A stretch of 64,000 nt of DNA. It comes from an uncultured Aquiluna sp. (GTDB lineage Bacteria; Actinomycetota; Actinomycetes; Actinomycetales; Microbacteriaceae). A program made the translations under genes and the position numbers. Below, in pieces: positions 53,724 to 64,000 of the stretch (the stretch's first letter is position 1; every line of letters begins with the position of its first letter). The stretch spans positions 310,001 to 374,000 of the forward strand of contig CAJYLB010000001.1 in NCBI GenBank assembly GCA_913775595.1, in the 5' to 3' direction. The notes under the pieces are model-generated. The model made no database searches, was not told where the DNA came from, and worked only from the letters and a program-made list of their open reading frames with translations.

Positions 53724-55113
53724 CCTTGGCGAGCTCGCCGCAAAATTTGGAGGCAGGGTCAGCGATGGTGCTGAAACTGTTCCATCGGGCGTTGCGATTG
53801 GCTCAAACCACATAGAACCCGGCTATTTATTCATTGCGGCCCAGGGCGCGAGAGTTCATGGGATTGATTTTTTGGATGATGCGATTGCGCGAGGTGCGAG
53901 TGCAGTCCTCACCAATCGTGAGGCCAAGTATCCGGTCCCGTCTCTCATCCATCCCGACCCTAGGTCCATAGCCGGGCTAGTCGCGGGAGAGATTTACGCA
54001 ACCTCAAAGGTTTCGCTAATCGGAATCACAGGCACAAATGGCAAGACTTCTACAGCGTTTTATCTCCAACGGCTGCTTTCGAATTTGGGGCAGGATTCAG
54101 GCCTAATCACGAGCCATCAGCAATTTGCAGGCGACGAGGTCTTTGATAGTGAACTTACGACCCCAGAGGCTCCAAGGCTGCATCAGCTCATTCACAAAAT
54201 GTCCCAAGCCGGCCAGAAAGGCGCGGTGATTGAGGTCTCAGCACAAGCTCTGACGCGCGATCGAGTTCAGGGACTGAGATTCAAAGTTGCCGGCTTTACA
54301 AACCTTTCGAGAGACCATCTTGATGACTACGAGACTATGGATGCCTACCTAGCTGCCAAAGAGCAGCTATTTACAAGCAGACTGAGCGATATGGCAGTCA
54401 TCGGCTGCGAGGACGACTGGGGGAGAAGCCTCTATGGCCGCATCGAAATACCCAAAGTCGGCATTGGGAAAGGGCTTGATTACGAACTGGAGCTTCGAAC
54501 TCGAGGCTTCAAAGTCTCTGGGAAGGCAGAGCTCGAGGCGAATCTTGACATAGCCGGACCGATGGCAAAGAACCTTGCCCTGGCAGCGGTGATGGCCATT
54601 GAGAGCGGCTTTGAGCCAGCGAAAGTTGAAGCTGCCCTGCACAAAATTGACCTGCAAGTACCCGGGCGGCTTGAGCCGGCTGTGGAGGGCTCAAATGTTT
54701 ATGTTGACTATGCCCACACCCCGGCAGGAGTCGAGGCGAGCGTCCAGCATCTGCTCGCTAAGCACGGGGAGCTTGTTGTGGTGCTGGGTGCATCAGGTAA
54801 TCGGGATCAGGGCAAGCGCTCTGAGATGGCGAGGGCCTGCCGAGGTGTCACAAAGCTTTTCGTTACAGACCAGCACCCTCGAGATGAGGATCCGGCTCTA
54901 ATTAGGCAACAGCTACTGGTAAGTGCCGAGGAGGCAGAGGTTGATGCCACCGAGGTGCAAGACCCGGCTCGGGCAATCTCAGCTGCAGTTCAATTTGCCG
55001 CGGGCAGGGCCGTATTGTGGTGCGGCCCGGGAGCGCTCAAATACAGGGAGATCGCGGGAGTGAAAGAGCCATTTGATGCGAGGAAGCTTGCGCGGGAGGC
55101 TCTAGAGCAATGA
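53707..55113 (+). CDS. murE: UDP-N-acetylmuramoyl-dipeptide--amino acid ligase
   Basis: GITGTNGKTS, TTPEA, FTNLSRDHLD and VDYAHTP. Confidence 0.92.
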   Translation: MSPVPSLGELAAKFGGRVSDGAETVPSGVAIGSNHIEPGYLFIAAQGARVHGIDFLDDAIARGASAVLTNREAKYPVPSLIHPDPRSIAGLVAGEIYATSKVSLIGITGTNGKTSTAFYLQRLLSNLGQDSGLITSHQQFAGDEVFDSELTTPEAPRLHQLIHKMSQAGQKGAVIEVSAQALTRDRVQGLRFKVAGFTNLSRDHLDDYETMDAYLAAKEQLFTSRLSDMAVIGCEDDWGRSLYGRIEIPKVGIGKGLDYELELRTRGFKVSGKAELEANLDIAGPMAKNLALAAVMAIESGFEPAKVEAALHKIDLQVPGRLEPAVEGSNVYVDYAHTPAGVEASVQHLLAKHGELVVVLGASGNRDQGKRSEMARACRGVTKLFVTDQHPRDEDPALIRQQLLVSAEEAEVDATEVQDPARAISAAVQFAAGRAVLWCGPGALKYREIAGVKEPFDARKLAREALEQ

Positions 55114-56498
55114 TTAGCTTGACACTTGAGCAAATTGCGGAGGCGGTCTCCGGAGAGATATACCGCGGCAAACCAGAGACTGTTGTGTCTGGCGGATGCG
55201 ATACAGATTCAAGAAAGATAGAGAGCGGGGGGATCTTCTTCGCAAAGCTTGGCGAGAGCGAAGATGGGCACAAATATTTAGTTGATGCGGCGCTCTCTGG
55301 AGCGGCACTGGCAGTGGTTTCAACGCCCAGGGAAGATGTTGAGATAGCTCAGATTGTTGTCGCCGACACGGTTGTGGCCCTCAGCAAGTTGGCAGAGCGA
55401 GTTCTCCAAGATGTTCGCGACAAAGGTCAGCTGAGAGTTGTTGGCATCACCGGAAGTAACGGCAAGACCTCCACAAAAAACATGCTCGGAGCAATCTTGG
55501 AGCCCAAGGGGGAGACGGTTGTGCCGGTGGCCTCCTATAACAATCAGGTTGGGCTACCTCTGACAGTTCTTCGTATCACAGAGCAAACCAAGTACCTGGT
55601 CCTTGAGCTTGGCGCCGCTGGTCCCGGTTCCATCGAGAGGCTCGCGAGCTGGACCAAGCCAGATATTGGAGTGCAGCTGAAGGTCGGAATGGCCCACGCC
55701 GGGGAGTTTGGCGGTATTGAGGTCACGGAGAAGATAAAGGCTGAGATGATGCCATTTATCCAAAACGCGGCAGTTCTGAATTTTGATGACCCCCGAGTTC
55801 GAGGCTTTGAATTTTCAGGGAAGAGAGTCGGATTCGGACTGAGTCAGGACGCACAGGTAAGAATCCTGAGCACAACCCTCAGCCTCGAAGGCACCCTTGT
55901 CTCGGTTCAGATAGGGGATGGTGAGCCCTTCGAGGTGCAGCTGAAGATACTTGGTGAACACCACGCAATGAACTTTGCAGCCGCCATTGCAACCGCGATT
56001 GAGCTTGGGATTGATCCTCTAGAGGCAGCCGCAGCGGTGGCGCAGCTGGATGCTCCAGAGCGCTGGCGAATGCAGTTATTGAGGGCGAAAGATGGCTACT
56101 CGGTGATAAACGATGCCTACAACGCATCGCCAGAGTCCATGCGCTCAGCATTGCAGTCACTTGCGGTTCTAGGTCGTCAGGGCAGTCGAACGGTCGCGGT
56201 GCTTGGCTATATGGCGGAGCTGGGGGAGTACTCCGCCCAAGAGCACGATGCAATAGGCAGGCTCGTCGTCAGGCTCAATATCGACCAGCTCTTTGTAATC
56301 GGTGAGGAAGCCAAGCTCATTCACATGGGGGCCATGCAGGAGGGAAGCTGGGATGGCGAGAGTGAATTCATTGACTCAATAAGCGAGGCTTTTGAGGTTA
56401 TCCGTGAAAAGCTATTGCCTGGCGATGTGGTGTTGGTGAAATCGAGTAACGTCGCTGGGCTTAGGTTCCTCGGTGATGATTTGGCGGGTGTGAAGTGA
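55110..56498 (+). CDS. murF: UDP-N-acetylmuramoyl-tripeptide--D-Ala-D-Ala ligase
   Basis: [32 protein letters not shown] and LVKSS. Confidence 0.95.
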   Translation: MISLTLEQIAEAVSGEIYRGKPETVVSGGCDTDSRKIESGGIFFAKLGESEDGHKYLVDAALSGAALAVVSTPREDVEIAQIVVADTVVALSKLAERVLQDVRDKGQLRVVGITGSNGKTSTKNMLGAILEPKGETVVPVASYNNQVGLPLTVLRITEQTKYLVLELGAAGPGSIERLASWTKPDIGVQLKVGMAHAGEFGGIEVTEKIKAEMMPFIQNAAVLNFDDPRVRGFEFSGKRVGFGLSQDAQVRILSTTLSLEGTLVSVQIGDGEPFEVQLKILGEHHAMNFAAAIATAIELGIDPLEAAAAVAQLDAPERWRMQLLRAKDGYSVINDAYNASPESMRSALQSLAVLGRQGSRTVAVLGYMAELGEYSAQEHDAIGRLVVRLNIDQLFVIGEEAKLIHMGAMQEGSWDGESEFIDSISEAFEVIREKLLPGDVVLVKSSNVAGLRFLGDDLAGVK

Positions 56499-57598
56499 GA
56501 GCGCTACTAGCCGCCGGGGGCATTTCTCTATTCATTTCACTGTTCGCTACGCCAGCCTTCATTCAGCTTTTCAAAAAACTCCAGTGGGGCCAGTTCATTC
56601 GGGACGATGGGCCCCAGACTCACCACACCAAACGCGGCACGCCGACAATGGGCGGACTCGTTATCTTGGCTGCCGCAATCATTGGCTACTTTGTAGCAAA
56701 GCTCGTCAATGGCGAAACGCCATCTGCCTCTGCACTGCTGGTGCTGTTCATGATGGCGGGACTTGGGCTTGTTGGGTTCATTGATGACCTACTGAAGGTG
56801 AGAAACCAGCGGTCTTTGGGTCTTAGCGGATGGGCAAAGATTGCCGGGCAAGCAGTCGTGGCCATTTCGTTTGCAGTTTTGGCGCTGCAGTTCCCGAATG
56901 ATCGGGGACTGACTCCTGCCAGCACCAACATATCGCTTTTTCGGGATCTCCCTGTCGACCTCTTTTTCTGGGGATCGCTTGTTGGAATGGGCCTTTTCGT
57001 GCTGTGGGTGTTCCTTCTGGTTGCCTCCAGCTCAAACGGTGTGAACATTGCCGACGGTCTTGACGGCCTAGCCTCAGGCTCGGCGATTTTTGCAATTGGC
57101 GCCTACGTCATCATCGGCTTTTGGCAGTTCAACCAGTCTTGTCGCACGGCCGTCGAGAACATTGCCGCCTGCTATGAGGTTAGGGACCCCCTTGATGTCG
57201 CGGTGGTTGCCGCCGCAATTGTCGGAGCCTGTGTTGGCTTTTTGTGGTGGAATACCTCACCCGCACAGCTTTTTATGGGCGACACCGGCTCCTTGGGTCT
57301 TGGCGGTGCGCTCGCCGCGCTGGCAGTTGTGAGTCGAACCGAGCTGCTACTTGTGTTGATAGGCGGCATCTTCGTGATTGTCACCGGCTCCGTAGTCATT
57401 CAGCGTGCGTATTTCAAGCTGACAAAGCGGATATACGGCAAGGGCAGGCGAGTTTTCAGGATGTCCCCGCTGCATCACCACTTCGAGCTCAAGGGCTGGG
57501 CCGAGATCACGATCGTCGTTAGGTTCTGGATCATTGCGGCGCTCTGCGTGGCAGCTGGTGTTGGCCTGTTCTATGTGGAGTGGATCTACGGACTATGA
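56495..57598 (+). CDS. mraY: Phospho-N-acetylmuramoyl-pentapeptide transferase
   Basis: [30 protein letters not shown] and PLHHHFE. Confidence 0.97.
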   Translation: MRALLAAGGISLFISLFATPAFIQLFKKLQWGQFIRDDGPQTHHTKRGTPTMGGLVILAAAIIGYFVAKLVNGETPSASALLVLFMMAGLGLVGFIDDLLKVRNQRSLGLSGWAKIAGQAVVAISFAVLALQFPNDRGLTPASTNISLFRDLPVDLFFWGSLVGMGLFVLWVFLLVASSSNGVNIADGLDGLASGSAIFAIGAYVIIGFWQFNQSCRTAVENIAACYEVRDPLDVAVVAAAIVGACVGFLWWNTSPAQLFMGDTGSLGLGGALAALAVVSRTELLLVLIGGIFVIVTGSVVIQRAYFKLTKRIYGKGRRVFRMSPLHHHFELKGWAEITIVVRFWIIAALCVAAGVGLFYVEWIYGL

Positions 57599-59031
57599 GC
57601 GTTCCAACCTCTTGGCACGGGGACTGGTCAGCGCATAAAGCAGTTGTTCTAGGCCTTGGAAAGTCTGGTTTTAGTGCTCTTGACACACTTATTGAGCTTG
57701 GTGTTGAGGCAGCTGCGGTCGGTCAATCCGCAGACGAGAGACTGGTTGACCTCGCAGAGGTAATAGGGTCACGATTCATTTCGGATGACAGCCCTGCAGT
57801 CTTGGAAACCCTTGGTTTTAGTCCTGACTTCGCAATAGTTTCACCTGGGTTTGCTCCGACGCATCCGCTAGTTCAAGAGCTTTTAGCCAGAGGCGTTGAC
57901 CTGCTTACGGACATTGACCTTGCCTACAGGCTTCGGGATAAGACTCAGAAGGTTGCAAAGTGGCTGACGGTAACTGGCACCAACGGTAAAACCACGACAA
58001 CCGAGCTAACCGCTGCAATGTTTGCAGCCGATGGGCTGAGGGCGGTCGCCTGCGGCAACATCGGGAATCCAATCCTCGATGCCATCAGAGACCCTGAGGG
58101 TTTCGATTTCTTGGTCGTCGAACTCTCCAGCTTCCAGCTTCACTATCTGGGCGAGATCACGGCGCTAGCGAGCGCATTTTTGAACCTAGCCGAGGATCAC
58201 CTTGATTGGCATGGAGACATGGAGAGCTATTTCCAGGCGAAGTCCAAGGTCTACCACGGCACCGAAGCAGCAATTGTGTTCAACGAGCAGGACGCAAAAA
58301 CTTTGGAAGCGGCACAAGAGGCCGATGTCGTTGAGGGCTGTCGAGCCATTGCCTTCTCGCTATTTACGCCGCAGAAGTCAGCAGTTGGTTTCGTTGAAGA
58401 CATCTTGGTTGATAGAGCGTTTCTAGAGAACAGGGCTGAAGAGGCACTTGAGATTGCGACCGAGTCAGAATTGGCGCAAATCGGCCCGGTGAGTGATCAG
58501 CTCCGCGCAAATGTTGCCGCTGCTACAGCGCTGGCTCGTGCCGCAGGAGTGCCACCGCAGTCAATTAGGCGGGCAATATCCAACTTCAAGCTCTCCCCTC
58601 ATAGAAACCAACTGGTGGCCGAGATTGAGGGTGTGCTTTACGTCAACGACTCCAAGGCGACAAACGCCCACGCTGCGGACAGCTCATTGTCTGCATATGA
58701 CTCTGTGATATGGATTATCGGAGGCCAGTTCAAGGGGGTCGACCCTTCCCAACTGATGAAAAAGCATGCATCCAAGCTGAGGGGCGCCGTTTTGATTGGC
58801 AGTGAGACGGAGCAACTCGCGCAGCTTTTCTCCGAAGTATTGCCAGAGAGCGCAATTAGTGTCATTTCAGGTGATTCTGTGATGAGAGATGCGGTTTTGG
58901 CAGCAAAAGAACTGGCCGCCCCCGGCGATACTGTTCTGCTGGCACCAGCAGCCGCATCCATGGATCAATTTCGTGACTACGCCGACAGAGGCGATAAGTT
59001 CGAGCAGGCCGTAAGGGAGCTTCGCGGATGA
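57595..59031 (+). CDS. murD: UDP-N-acetylmuramoyl-amino acid--D-glutamate ligase
   Basis: [29 protein letters not shown] and [10 protein letters not shown] 57595 overlaps the mraY stop. Confidence 0.95.
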   Translation: MSVPTSWHGDWSAHKAVVLGLGKSGFSALDTLIELGVEAAAVGQSADERLVDLAEVIGSRFISDDSPAVLETLGFSPDFAIVSPGFAPTHPLVQELLARGVDLLTDIDLAYRLRDKTQKVAKWLTVTGTNGKTTTTELTAAMFAADGLRAVACGNIGNPILDAIRDPEGFDFLVVELSSFQLHYLGEITALASAFLNLAEDHLDWHGDMESYFQAKSKVYHGTEAAIVFNEQDAKTLEAAQEADVVEGCRAIAFSLFTPQKSAVGFVEDILVDRAFLENRAEEALEIATESELAQIGPVSDQLRANVAAATALARAAGVPPQSIRRAISNFKLSPHRNQLVAEIEGVLYVNDSKATNAHAADSSLSAYDSVIWIIGGQFKGVDPSQLMKKHASKLRGAVLIGSETEQLAQLFSEVLPESAISVISGDSVMRDAVLAAKELAAPGDTVLLAPAAASMDQFRDYADRGDKFEQAVRELRG

Positions 59032-60179
59032 CCGGGGTAATGGACGCCCTGAGGCCTAAGTTCAGGGCCCAGTCGAGACAGGCGCTGCTGCTATTGGGCC
59101 TTAGTCTTCTGACCGCTGGACTGGGGCTTGCGATGGTGGCAAGCGCCTCGGCAATCGACAGCTTCAAGCAAACTGATAGCGCGGCAACCATGTTCTTCCG
59201 ACAGGGAGCATTTGCGCTTGTTGGACTTATCGCTTTGGTGGCAGCGAGTAATCTCCCAATGGGTTTTTACCGCCGGATGAGCATGCCAATTCTTTTTAGT
59301 GCATTGGGTTTGCAGGTTGCCACTGTCTTGTTTGGTGCGGACATCAACGGAAACCGCAACTGGCTTGATCTGGGTTTTGTCTCCATCCAGCCATCCGAGT
59401 TTCTAAAACTTGCACTGATAGTCGCACTGGCTCAGATCCTCGCTCAACTGGGTGGTAACGAGGAGCGCAATAGGCAGTTATGGATATGGGTCTTTGTGCT
59501 TTCGGGCGCGGCTGTAGTGCTGGTCGCGGTGATGGGGCGCGATCTTGGAACCGGCGTTGTCATGGCAGTGCTGCTCATGGGTATCTATCTGTTTGCCGGG
59601 ATGCGTTGGCACAATTGGCTACTGCTTGGATTCGCAGGCCTGGCAGCAGCAGCGGCAATGATCATGGCATCGCCTTCGAGGCGGATTCGTTTTGATGCCT
59701 GGCTCAATCCGGAGGGTGCTGACCCCATGGGCGTCAGGTGGCAGTTCGAGCATGGCACCTGGGCTCTAGCCTCAGGCGGAATTTTTGGGACCGGCTTGGG
59801 CAGATCCAAACTCAAGTGGAGTTGGATCCCAGAGGTTGAAAACGACTTCATATTCGCAGTCATCGGCGAAGAGCTTGGGCTGGTTGGAGCTGGCGCGGTG
59901 ATTCTGCTGTTTTTTGCCATCGGACTGGTGCTCTTTGCGATAGTTCGCCTCCAGACTGATCCCTTCAATCGCAACATCGTTGTTGGGGTGATGTTCTGGA
60001 TAGTCATGCAAGCCTTCATCAACATAGGTGTTGTCCTCGGACTCTTCCCTGTTCTGGGAGTTCCCCTACCTCTGATCTCCGCAGGTGGCTCTTCCCTGAT
60101 TGCAACGATGCTTGCGATTGGTGTTGTTTTAGCAGTTGAGCGGGACCGCATGAGTCACCTCGGTCGCAGGAGGAGCTAG
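59028..60179 (+). CDS. ftsW: Peptidoglycan glycosyltransferase FtsW
   Basis: NGNRNW, QPSEFLK, DLGT, NDFIFAVIGEELG and PLISAGGSS. Confidence 0.95.
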   Translation: MTGVMDALRPKFRAQSRQALLLLGLSLLTAGLGLAMVASASAIDSFKQTDSAATMFFRQGAFALVGLIALVAASNLPMGFYRRMSMPILFSALGLQVATVLFGADINGNRNWLDLGFVSIQPSEFLKLALIVALAQILAQLGGNEERNRQLWIWVFVLSGAAVVLVAVMGRDLGTGVVMAVLLMGIYLFAGMRWHNWLLLGFAGLAAAAAMIMASPSRRIRFDAWLNPEGADPMGVRWQFEHGTWALASGGIFGTGLGRSKLKWSWIPEVENDFIFAVIGEELGLVGAGAVILLFFAIGLVLFAIVRLQTDPFNRNIVVGVMFWIVMQAFINIGVVLGLFPVLGVPLPLISAGGSSLIATMLAIGVVLAVERDRMSHLGRRRS

Positions 60180-61253
60180 GTGAGGTTTCTGCTCGCAGGA
60201 GGCGGAACCGGAGGCCATGTAAACCCGCTGCTGGCTCTTGCGGAACTGCTTCGCTCCGAGGGCCACGAGGTTATTGCTCTTGGGACCAAGGAGGGTCTTG
60301 AACAGAGACTTGTTCCAGAGCGCGGTTTTGAGCTTGCTACGGTTTCTAGGTTGCCACTACCCCGACAGCTCAGCATTGGCGTTTTGAGTTTCCCATTCAA
60401 GCTCCTTGGTTCGTCTTTGCAGGTCAGAAAGATAATCCGTGAGCGGCAGATAGATGGCGTGGTCGGGTTCGGGGGATACGCGTCGGCTCCGGCTTACATC
60501 GGAGCCTGGCTAACGAAGAAGCCATTGGTTATTCATGAGGCAAATGCTCTCGCTGGTTTTGCCAATCGCCTGGGAGCCAGGTTCACAAGGCACCGGGCGG
60601 TTGCATTTTCAAACTCGAACCTCACCGGCGCGACCTTGGTCGGCATGCCTATTAGAAAAGAGCTCGTCGAAGGCACCAACATAGACAAGGACCAGGCTCG
60701 CGTCGAGCTTGGTCTTGATCCAGTTCTTCCCACAATTCTCGTGACCGGAGGGTCACAGGGGGCAAGAAGTATCAACAATGCTGTTATCGACTCACTCCCG
60801 GAACTCTCAAATGCTGGCATTCAGGTGCTGCACATAGTCGGCGAGAAGGCGGGTCTCGAGGAGGCCAATCAGCCCGGCTATCTCAGGCTTGCCTACTGTG
60901 ACCGCATGGATGCCGCGATTGCGGCAAGTGATCTTGCGATATCTCGCTCGGGAGCCTCGACTGTGAGTGAATTCTCGGCAGCTGGATTACCTGCCGTTTT
61001 TGTGCCCTACCCCGTCGGAAACGGGGAGCAGCGCCATAACGCCAAGAGTGTCGTGGAGGCAGGAGGCGCAGAACTCTGCGATGACAAGGACTTCACGCCG
61101 GAGTTCATAGCCGAAAGGGTGATTCCCACCTTGAGTCACAAGGCGACGCTCAAACGTATGTCTGAGGCAGCCAAATCCGTGGGAATCGTGGATGCAGCCG
61201 AGCGGCTGCGCGATTTGCTCTATGCGGCGGTGGATACTGGTAGCCATGATTAA
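60180..61253 (+). CDS. murG: Undecaprenyl-PP-MurNAc-pentapeptide GlcNAc transferase
   Basis: [27 protein letters not shown] and RSGASTVSE. Confidence 0.96.
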   Translation: MRFLLAGGGTGGHVNPLLALAELLRSEGHEVIALGTKEGLEQRLVPERGFELATVSRLPLPRQLSIGVLSFPFKLLGSSLQVRKIIRERQIDGVVGFGGYASAPAYIGAWLTKKPLVIHEANALAGFANRLGARFTRHRAVAFSNSNLTGATLVGMPIRKELVEGTNIDKDQARVELGLDPVLPTILVTGGSQGARSINNAVIDSLPELSNAGIQVLHIVGEKAGLEEANQPGYLRLAYCDRMDAAIAASDLAISRSGASTVSEFSAAGLPAVFVPYPVGNGEQRHNAKSVVEAGGAELCDDKDFTPEFIAERVIPTLSHKATLKRMSEAAKSVGIVDAAERLRDLLYAAVDTGSHD

Positions 61254-62634
61254 GCCCGACTACAGCCAAGAGGTTCCGCGCGAACTGGGGAAAGTGCATT
61301 TTGTTGGTATCGGCGGCTCCGGCATGTCGGGCCTGGCGAGATTGCTGATTGGCAGCGGACACGAGGTAACCGGCTCTGACGTGAGAGAAAGTGCCAATAT
61401 TTCGGCCCTCAGAGACCTCGGGGCCAAGATAACCATTGGGCACGACGAGGCAAATCTAGGTTCACCCGACACAGTTGTGGTCACCAGCGCGCTTTGGCCC
61501 ACCAATCCCGAGTATCTAAAGGCTCAGGAGCTCGGCATTCCAATCCTGCACCGCTCCGCTTTGCTGGCTCACCTAGCCTCTAAGGGGTCGCTGATTGCCG
61601 TGGCGGGGGCTCACGGAAAGACCACCTCTACAGGCATGATCGTGACCGGATTGAGTCGATTAGGGGCCGACCCCAGCTTCGTAAACGGTGGGGTAATTCA
61701 GGAGTATGGCTCCTCGGCAGGCTATGGCTCGGGAGAGCATTTTGTTATTGAGGCCGACGAATCTGATAGCTCATTTCTTCACTACGACACCGATGTTGCG
61801 GTGATCACAAACGTAGATCCCGATCACCTCGATCACTACGGATCGCTTGAGGCATTCCAGGCTGAGTTTGCAAAGTTTGCAGATGCTGCTGGCAAGTTCG
61901 TCGTTATCTCAAGCGACGATCCAGGGGCAGAGGCGGTTAGTGGCCTGCTAAGACACGACCACGTCCTGAGTTTTGGCGAGGCGCCAGGAGCTGACTTCCG
62001 GGTCTCTGGAATCGACGCCTCAGGCCCTGAGGTCTCATTTGAGCTGACCCACGCCGATTCAAGGGTGTCCATGAAGCTCAAGGTTCCCGGTCACCACAAC
62101 GCCTTGAACGCAGCCGGAGCGGTGGCGACCCTGGTTGGACTGGGCTTCGATTTTGCCGAGTCAGCTGCTGCGGTCGAGCAATTCGGCGGCACGGTTAGAA
62201 GGTTTGAGCTTCACGGAGAGCGCAGAGGGGTGAAGGTCTATGACGACTTTGCTCACCACCCGACTGAGGTTGCTGCTGCACTCAAAGCGGCTAGAGCTGT
62301 CGTCGGCACCGGAAGGCTGATCACGGTGTTCCAGCCCCATCTCTACAGCCGCACCAGGCTGTTCTCAAAAGAATTTGCTGAGGTTTTGATGCTTTCTGAC
62401 GAGGCGGTGGTGACCGAAATCTATGCGGCCAGAGAGGATCCCGAGCCTGGAGTAACCGCCGACCTGATTACCGCGAAGTGCGCTCGCCAAGAGAATACTC
62501 ACTTGGTTCCTAACTGGGACGATGTGCCAGCGAAGGCAGCGGCTCTTGCTGAGGCTGGAGACTTCATAATCACGATGGGGTGCGGGGACATCAACCGCAT
62601 GGTCCCAGACCTACTAGCGGCCCTGGAGAGCTAG
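61246..62634 (+). CDS. murC: UDP-N-acetylmuramate--amino acid ligase
   Basis: [35 protein letters not shown] and FQPHLYSRT. Start re-called at ATG 61246. Confidence 0.95.
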   Translation: MIKPDYSQEVPRELGKVHFVGIGGSGMSGLARLLIGSGHEVTGSDVRESANISALRDLGAKITIGHDEANLGSPDTVVVTSALWPTNPEYLKAQELGIPILHRSALLAHLASKGSLIAVAGAHGKTTSTGMIVTGLSRLGADPSFVNGGVIQEYGSSAGYGSGEHFVIEADESDSSFLHYDTDVAVITNVDPDHLDHYGSLEAFQAEFAKFADAAGKFVVISSDDPGAEAVSGLLRHDHVLSFGEAPGADFRVSGIDASGPEVSFELTHADSRVSMKLKVPGHHNALNAAGAVATLVGLGFDFAESAAAVEQFGGTVRRFELHGERRGVKVYDDFAHHPTEVAAALKAARAVVGTGRLITVFQPHLYSRTRLFSKEFAEVLMLSDEAVVTEIYAAREDPEPGVTADLITAKCARQENTHLVPNWDDVPAKAAALAEAGDFIITMGCGDINRMVPDLLAALES

Positions 62635-63402
62635 TTGGCTCGAAGTGACAGGGAGCTTCTCAGGACCGAGCGGAAGCGCCTGAAGAAGAAAAAGCCACGG
62701 CGCATTGGTGTCGGACCGTTCACAATCTGGGCCAGGGTGCTGCTCATTGTCTCTCCATTGACATTGGGCGCTTTGGTGGCGGCAAGCTTCCTAACGCCAC
62801 TATTCGCGATTGACCGCATTGCCGTAAGCGGCAACGAGCGAATTGAATCAAGCCAAATCACCTCTGCCCTAAGCGACCTCAGAGGAAGACCCTTGACTAC
62901 CGTCACCGCAGATGAGCTCGCCTCACTGTTGGGCGACATTTCACTCATAGAGACCTTTACCTTCACAGCTGAGCCGCCAAACACCCTGCGGGTCAAGGTG
63001 CGAGAGCGGCAGCCGCTATTGGTCTTGTTTCGCGAGGGTGAGAATTGGCTCTACGACGCAGCGGGAGTGAAGATTGAGCCAACTGCGACGCTTGGAGAGC
63101 ATCCATTTTTGGTCTTTCAGGGGGACCCGACTGAGGACAGCCGCTACAGATACGCGGTGGAACTGCTGCTCTCTCTCCCGGTCGAAACCTACCAAGGCGT
63201 CTTCTCGGTCGAGGTCAGTGAGCAGCTGACCAGCAAGCTCACCCTCAAAGAGCGCGATATCACGGTGATCTGGGGGGACAACGACGAGGCGCTATTGAAG
63301 GCCGAGGTCCTTGATTCATTGATTGCCACCGGGGTCGAGGAGTCCGTCACCATAGATGTCTCGTCGCCAAATTCTCCGGTGGTCAGATACAGCGATTACT
63401 AG
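62635..63402 (+). CDS. ftsQ: Cell division protein FtsQ/DivIB
   Basis: Basic N-terminus, TM, POTRA domain (..PPNTLRVKVRERQP) and C-terminal DVSSP. Confidence 0.85.
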   Translation: MARSDRELLRTERKRLKKKKPRRIGVGPFTIWARVLLIVSPLTLGALVAASFLTPLFAIDRIAVSGNERIESSQITSALSDLRGRPLTTVTADELASLLGDISLIETFTFTAEPPNTLRVKVRERQPLLVLFREGENWLYDAAGVKIEPTATLGEHPFLVFQGDPTEDSRYRYAVELLLSLPVETYQGVFSVEVSEQLTSKLTLKERDITVIWGDNDEALLKAEVLDSLIATGVEESVTIDVSSPNSPVVRYSDY

Positions 63403-63510
63403 GAGTTTTCCAAGTTAATCTGTTGTTTACGACACGCCCGAGTGCCTAGCTAACACTTGCCCCTGCGCCCTCTAACTTCGTGGCGCTAATTGAATACTCT
63501 CAGAAAAGTT

Positions 63511-63535
63511 AAGCCTCAGCCTTAACTTGAGGGTT
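63511..63535. promoter_or_regulatory. Imperfect palindrome upstream of ftsZ (putative MerR/FtsR-type operator)
   Basis: AAGCCTCAG-N7-TTGAGGGTT. A related site lies at 36490-36514. Confidence 0.55.
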
Positions 63536-63553
63536 CATAGCAGGAGGCGAATC

Positions 63554-64000
63554 GTGACCCAGTCACCTAACTATCAGGCAGTCATCAAGGTCGTTGGAGT
63601 CGGCGGCGGTGGAGTGAATGCTCTGAACCGAATGATTAACTCAGGGCTCCGCGGAGTTGAGTTTGTTGCCGTCAACACTGATGCTCAGGCTTTGCTCATG
63701 AGCGATGCTGACGTCAAGCTGGACATTGGGCGCGACATCACCAGAGGTCTCGGAGCTGGAGCCGACCCAGAGGTCGGCAGGCGTGCTGCTGAGGAGCACG
63801 AGGGCGAAATAGAGGCTGCCATCAAGGGTGCAGACATGGTTTTTGTCACAGCAGGCGAGGGTGGCGGAACAGGCACCGGCGGCGCTCCCGTCGTTGCACG
63901 CATCGCAAAGCGCCTGGGCGCTCTGACCGTCGGTGTCGTGACCAGGCCGTTCAACTTTGAAGGTAAGCGTCGAGCAGTGCAGGCTGACGAGGGCATCAAA
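63554..64000 (+). CDS. ftsZ: Cell division protein FtsZ (3'-truncated by window edge)
   Basis: AGGAGG RBS and GTG start. [27 protein letters not shown] and tubulin signature GGGTGTGG. Confidence 0.97.
   Translation, partial: MTQSPNYQAVIKVVGVGGGGVNALNRMINSGLRGVEFVAVNTDAQALLMSDADVKLDIGRDITRGLGAGADPEVGRRAAEEHEGEIEAAIKGADMVFVTAGEGGGTGTGGAPVVARIAKRLGALTVGVVTRPFNFEGKRRAVQADEGIK

Noticed and set aside
59585..60151. Long antisense ORFs opposite core genes (e.g. 59585-60151, 7748-8275, 22959-23450, 43304-43792)
   Set aside because: They are fully nested opposite well-supported genes, have no recognisable motifs, and are expected from codon bias.

Overview
A 64-kb core-chromosome segment of a streamlined actinobacterium. 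The 16S sequence, gene order and very tight gene packing suggest Microbacteriaceae, possibly the Luna/Aquiluna-like freshwater clade; this taxonomy is an inference, not a search result. In order it holds: pheS(3' part)-pheT-argCJBFH-tyrS; a complete 16S-23S-5S rRNA operon; the conserved TPR-like/nagD/tlyA/ppnK/recN/pyrG/xerD/parA/scpAB/rluB/aroH/tyrA/cmk/der/DUF368 block; tRNA-Pro(GGG); a small accessory islet; upp and metF; the pgsA-like/FHA/MerR/MerR cluster; parA, pyc, minD-like, def, fadD, glk, plsC, class II DAHP synthase, Rv2175c-like, polyprenyl synthase and DUF3040; and the dcw cluster from mraZ to the 5' part of ftsZ. The most unusual feature is at 30845-33179, where two single-gene cassettes without an integrase are stacked behind tRNA-Pro: a 1750-bp multicopper oxidase cassette and a 542-bp membrane-protein cassette. 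Each ends in a near-identical ~172-bp module made of a 128-bp structured arm plus the 3' half of the tRNA, which looks like a tRNA-anchored, integron-like cassette array. Other candidates are an H-type pseudoknot riboswitch-like leader on metF, a shared GACACGCC + 25-bp palindrome module upstream of ftsZ and a MerR gene, frequent leaderless promoters, and clean local absences of argD/argG/argR, pknL and the NUDIX gene.
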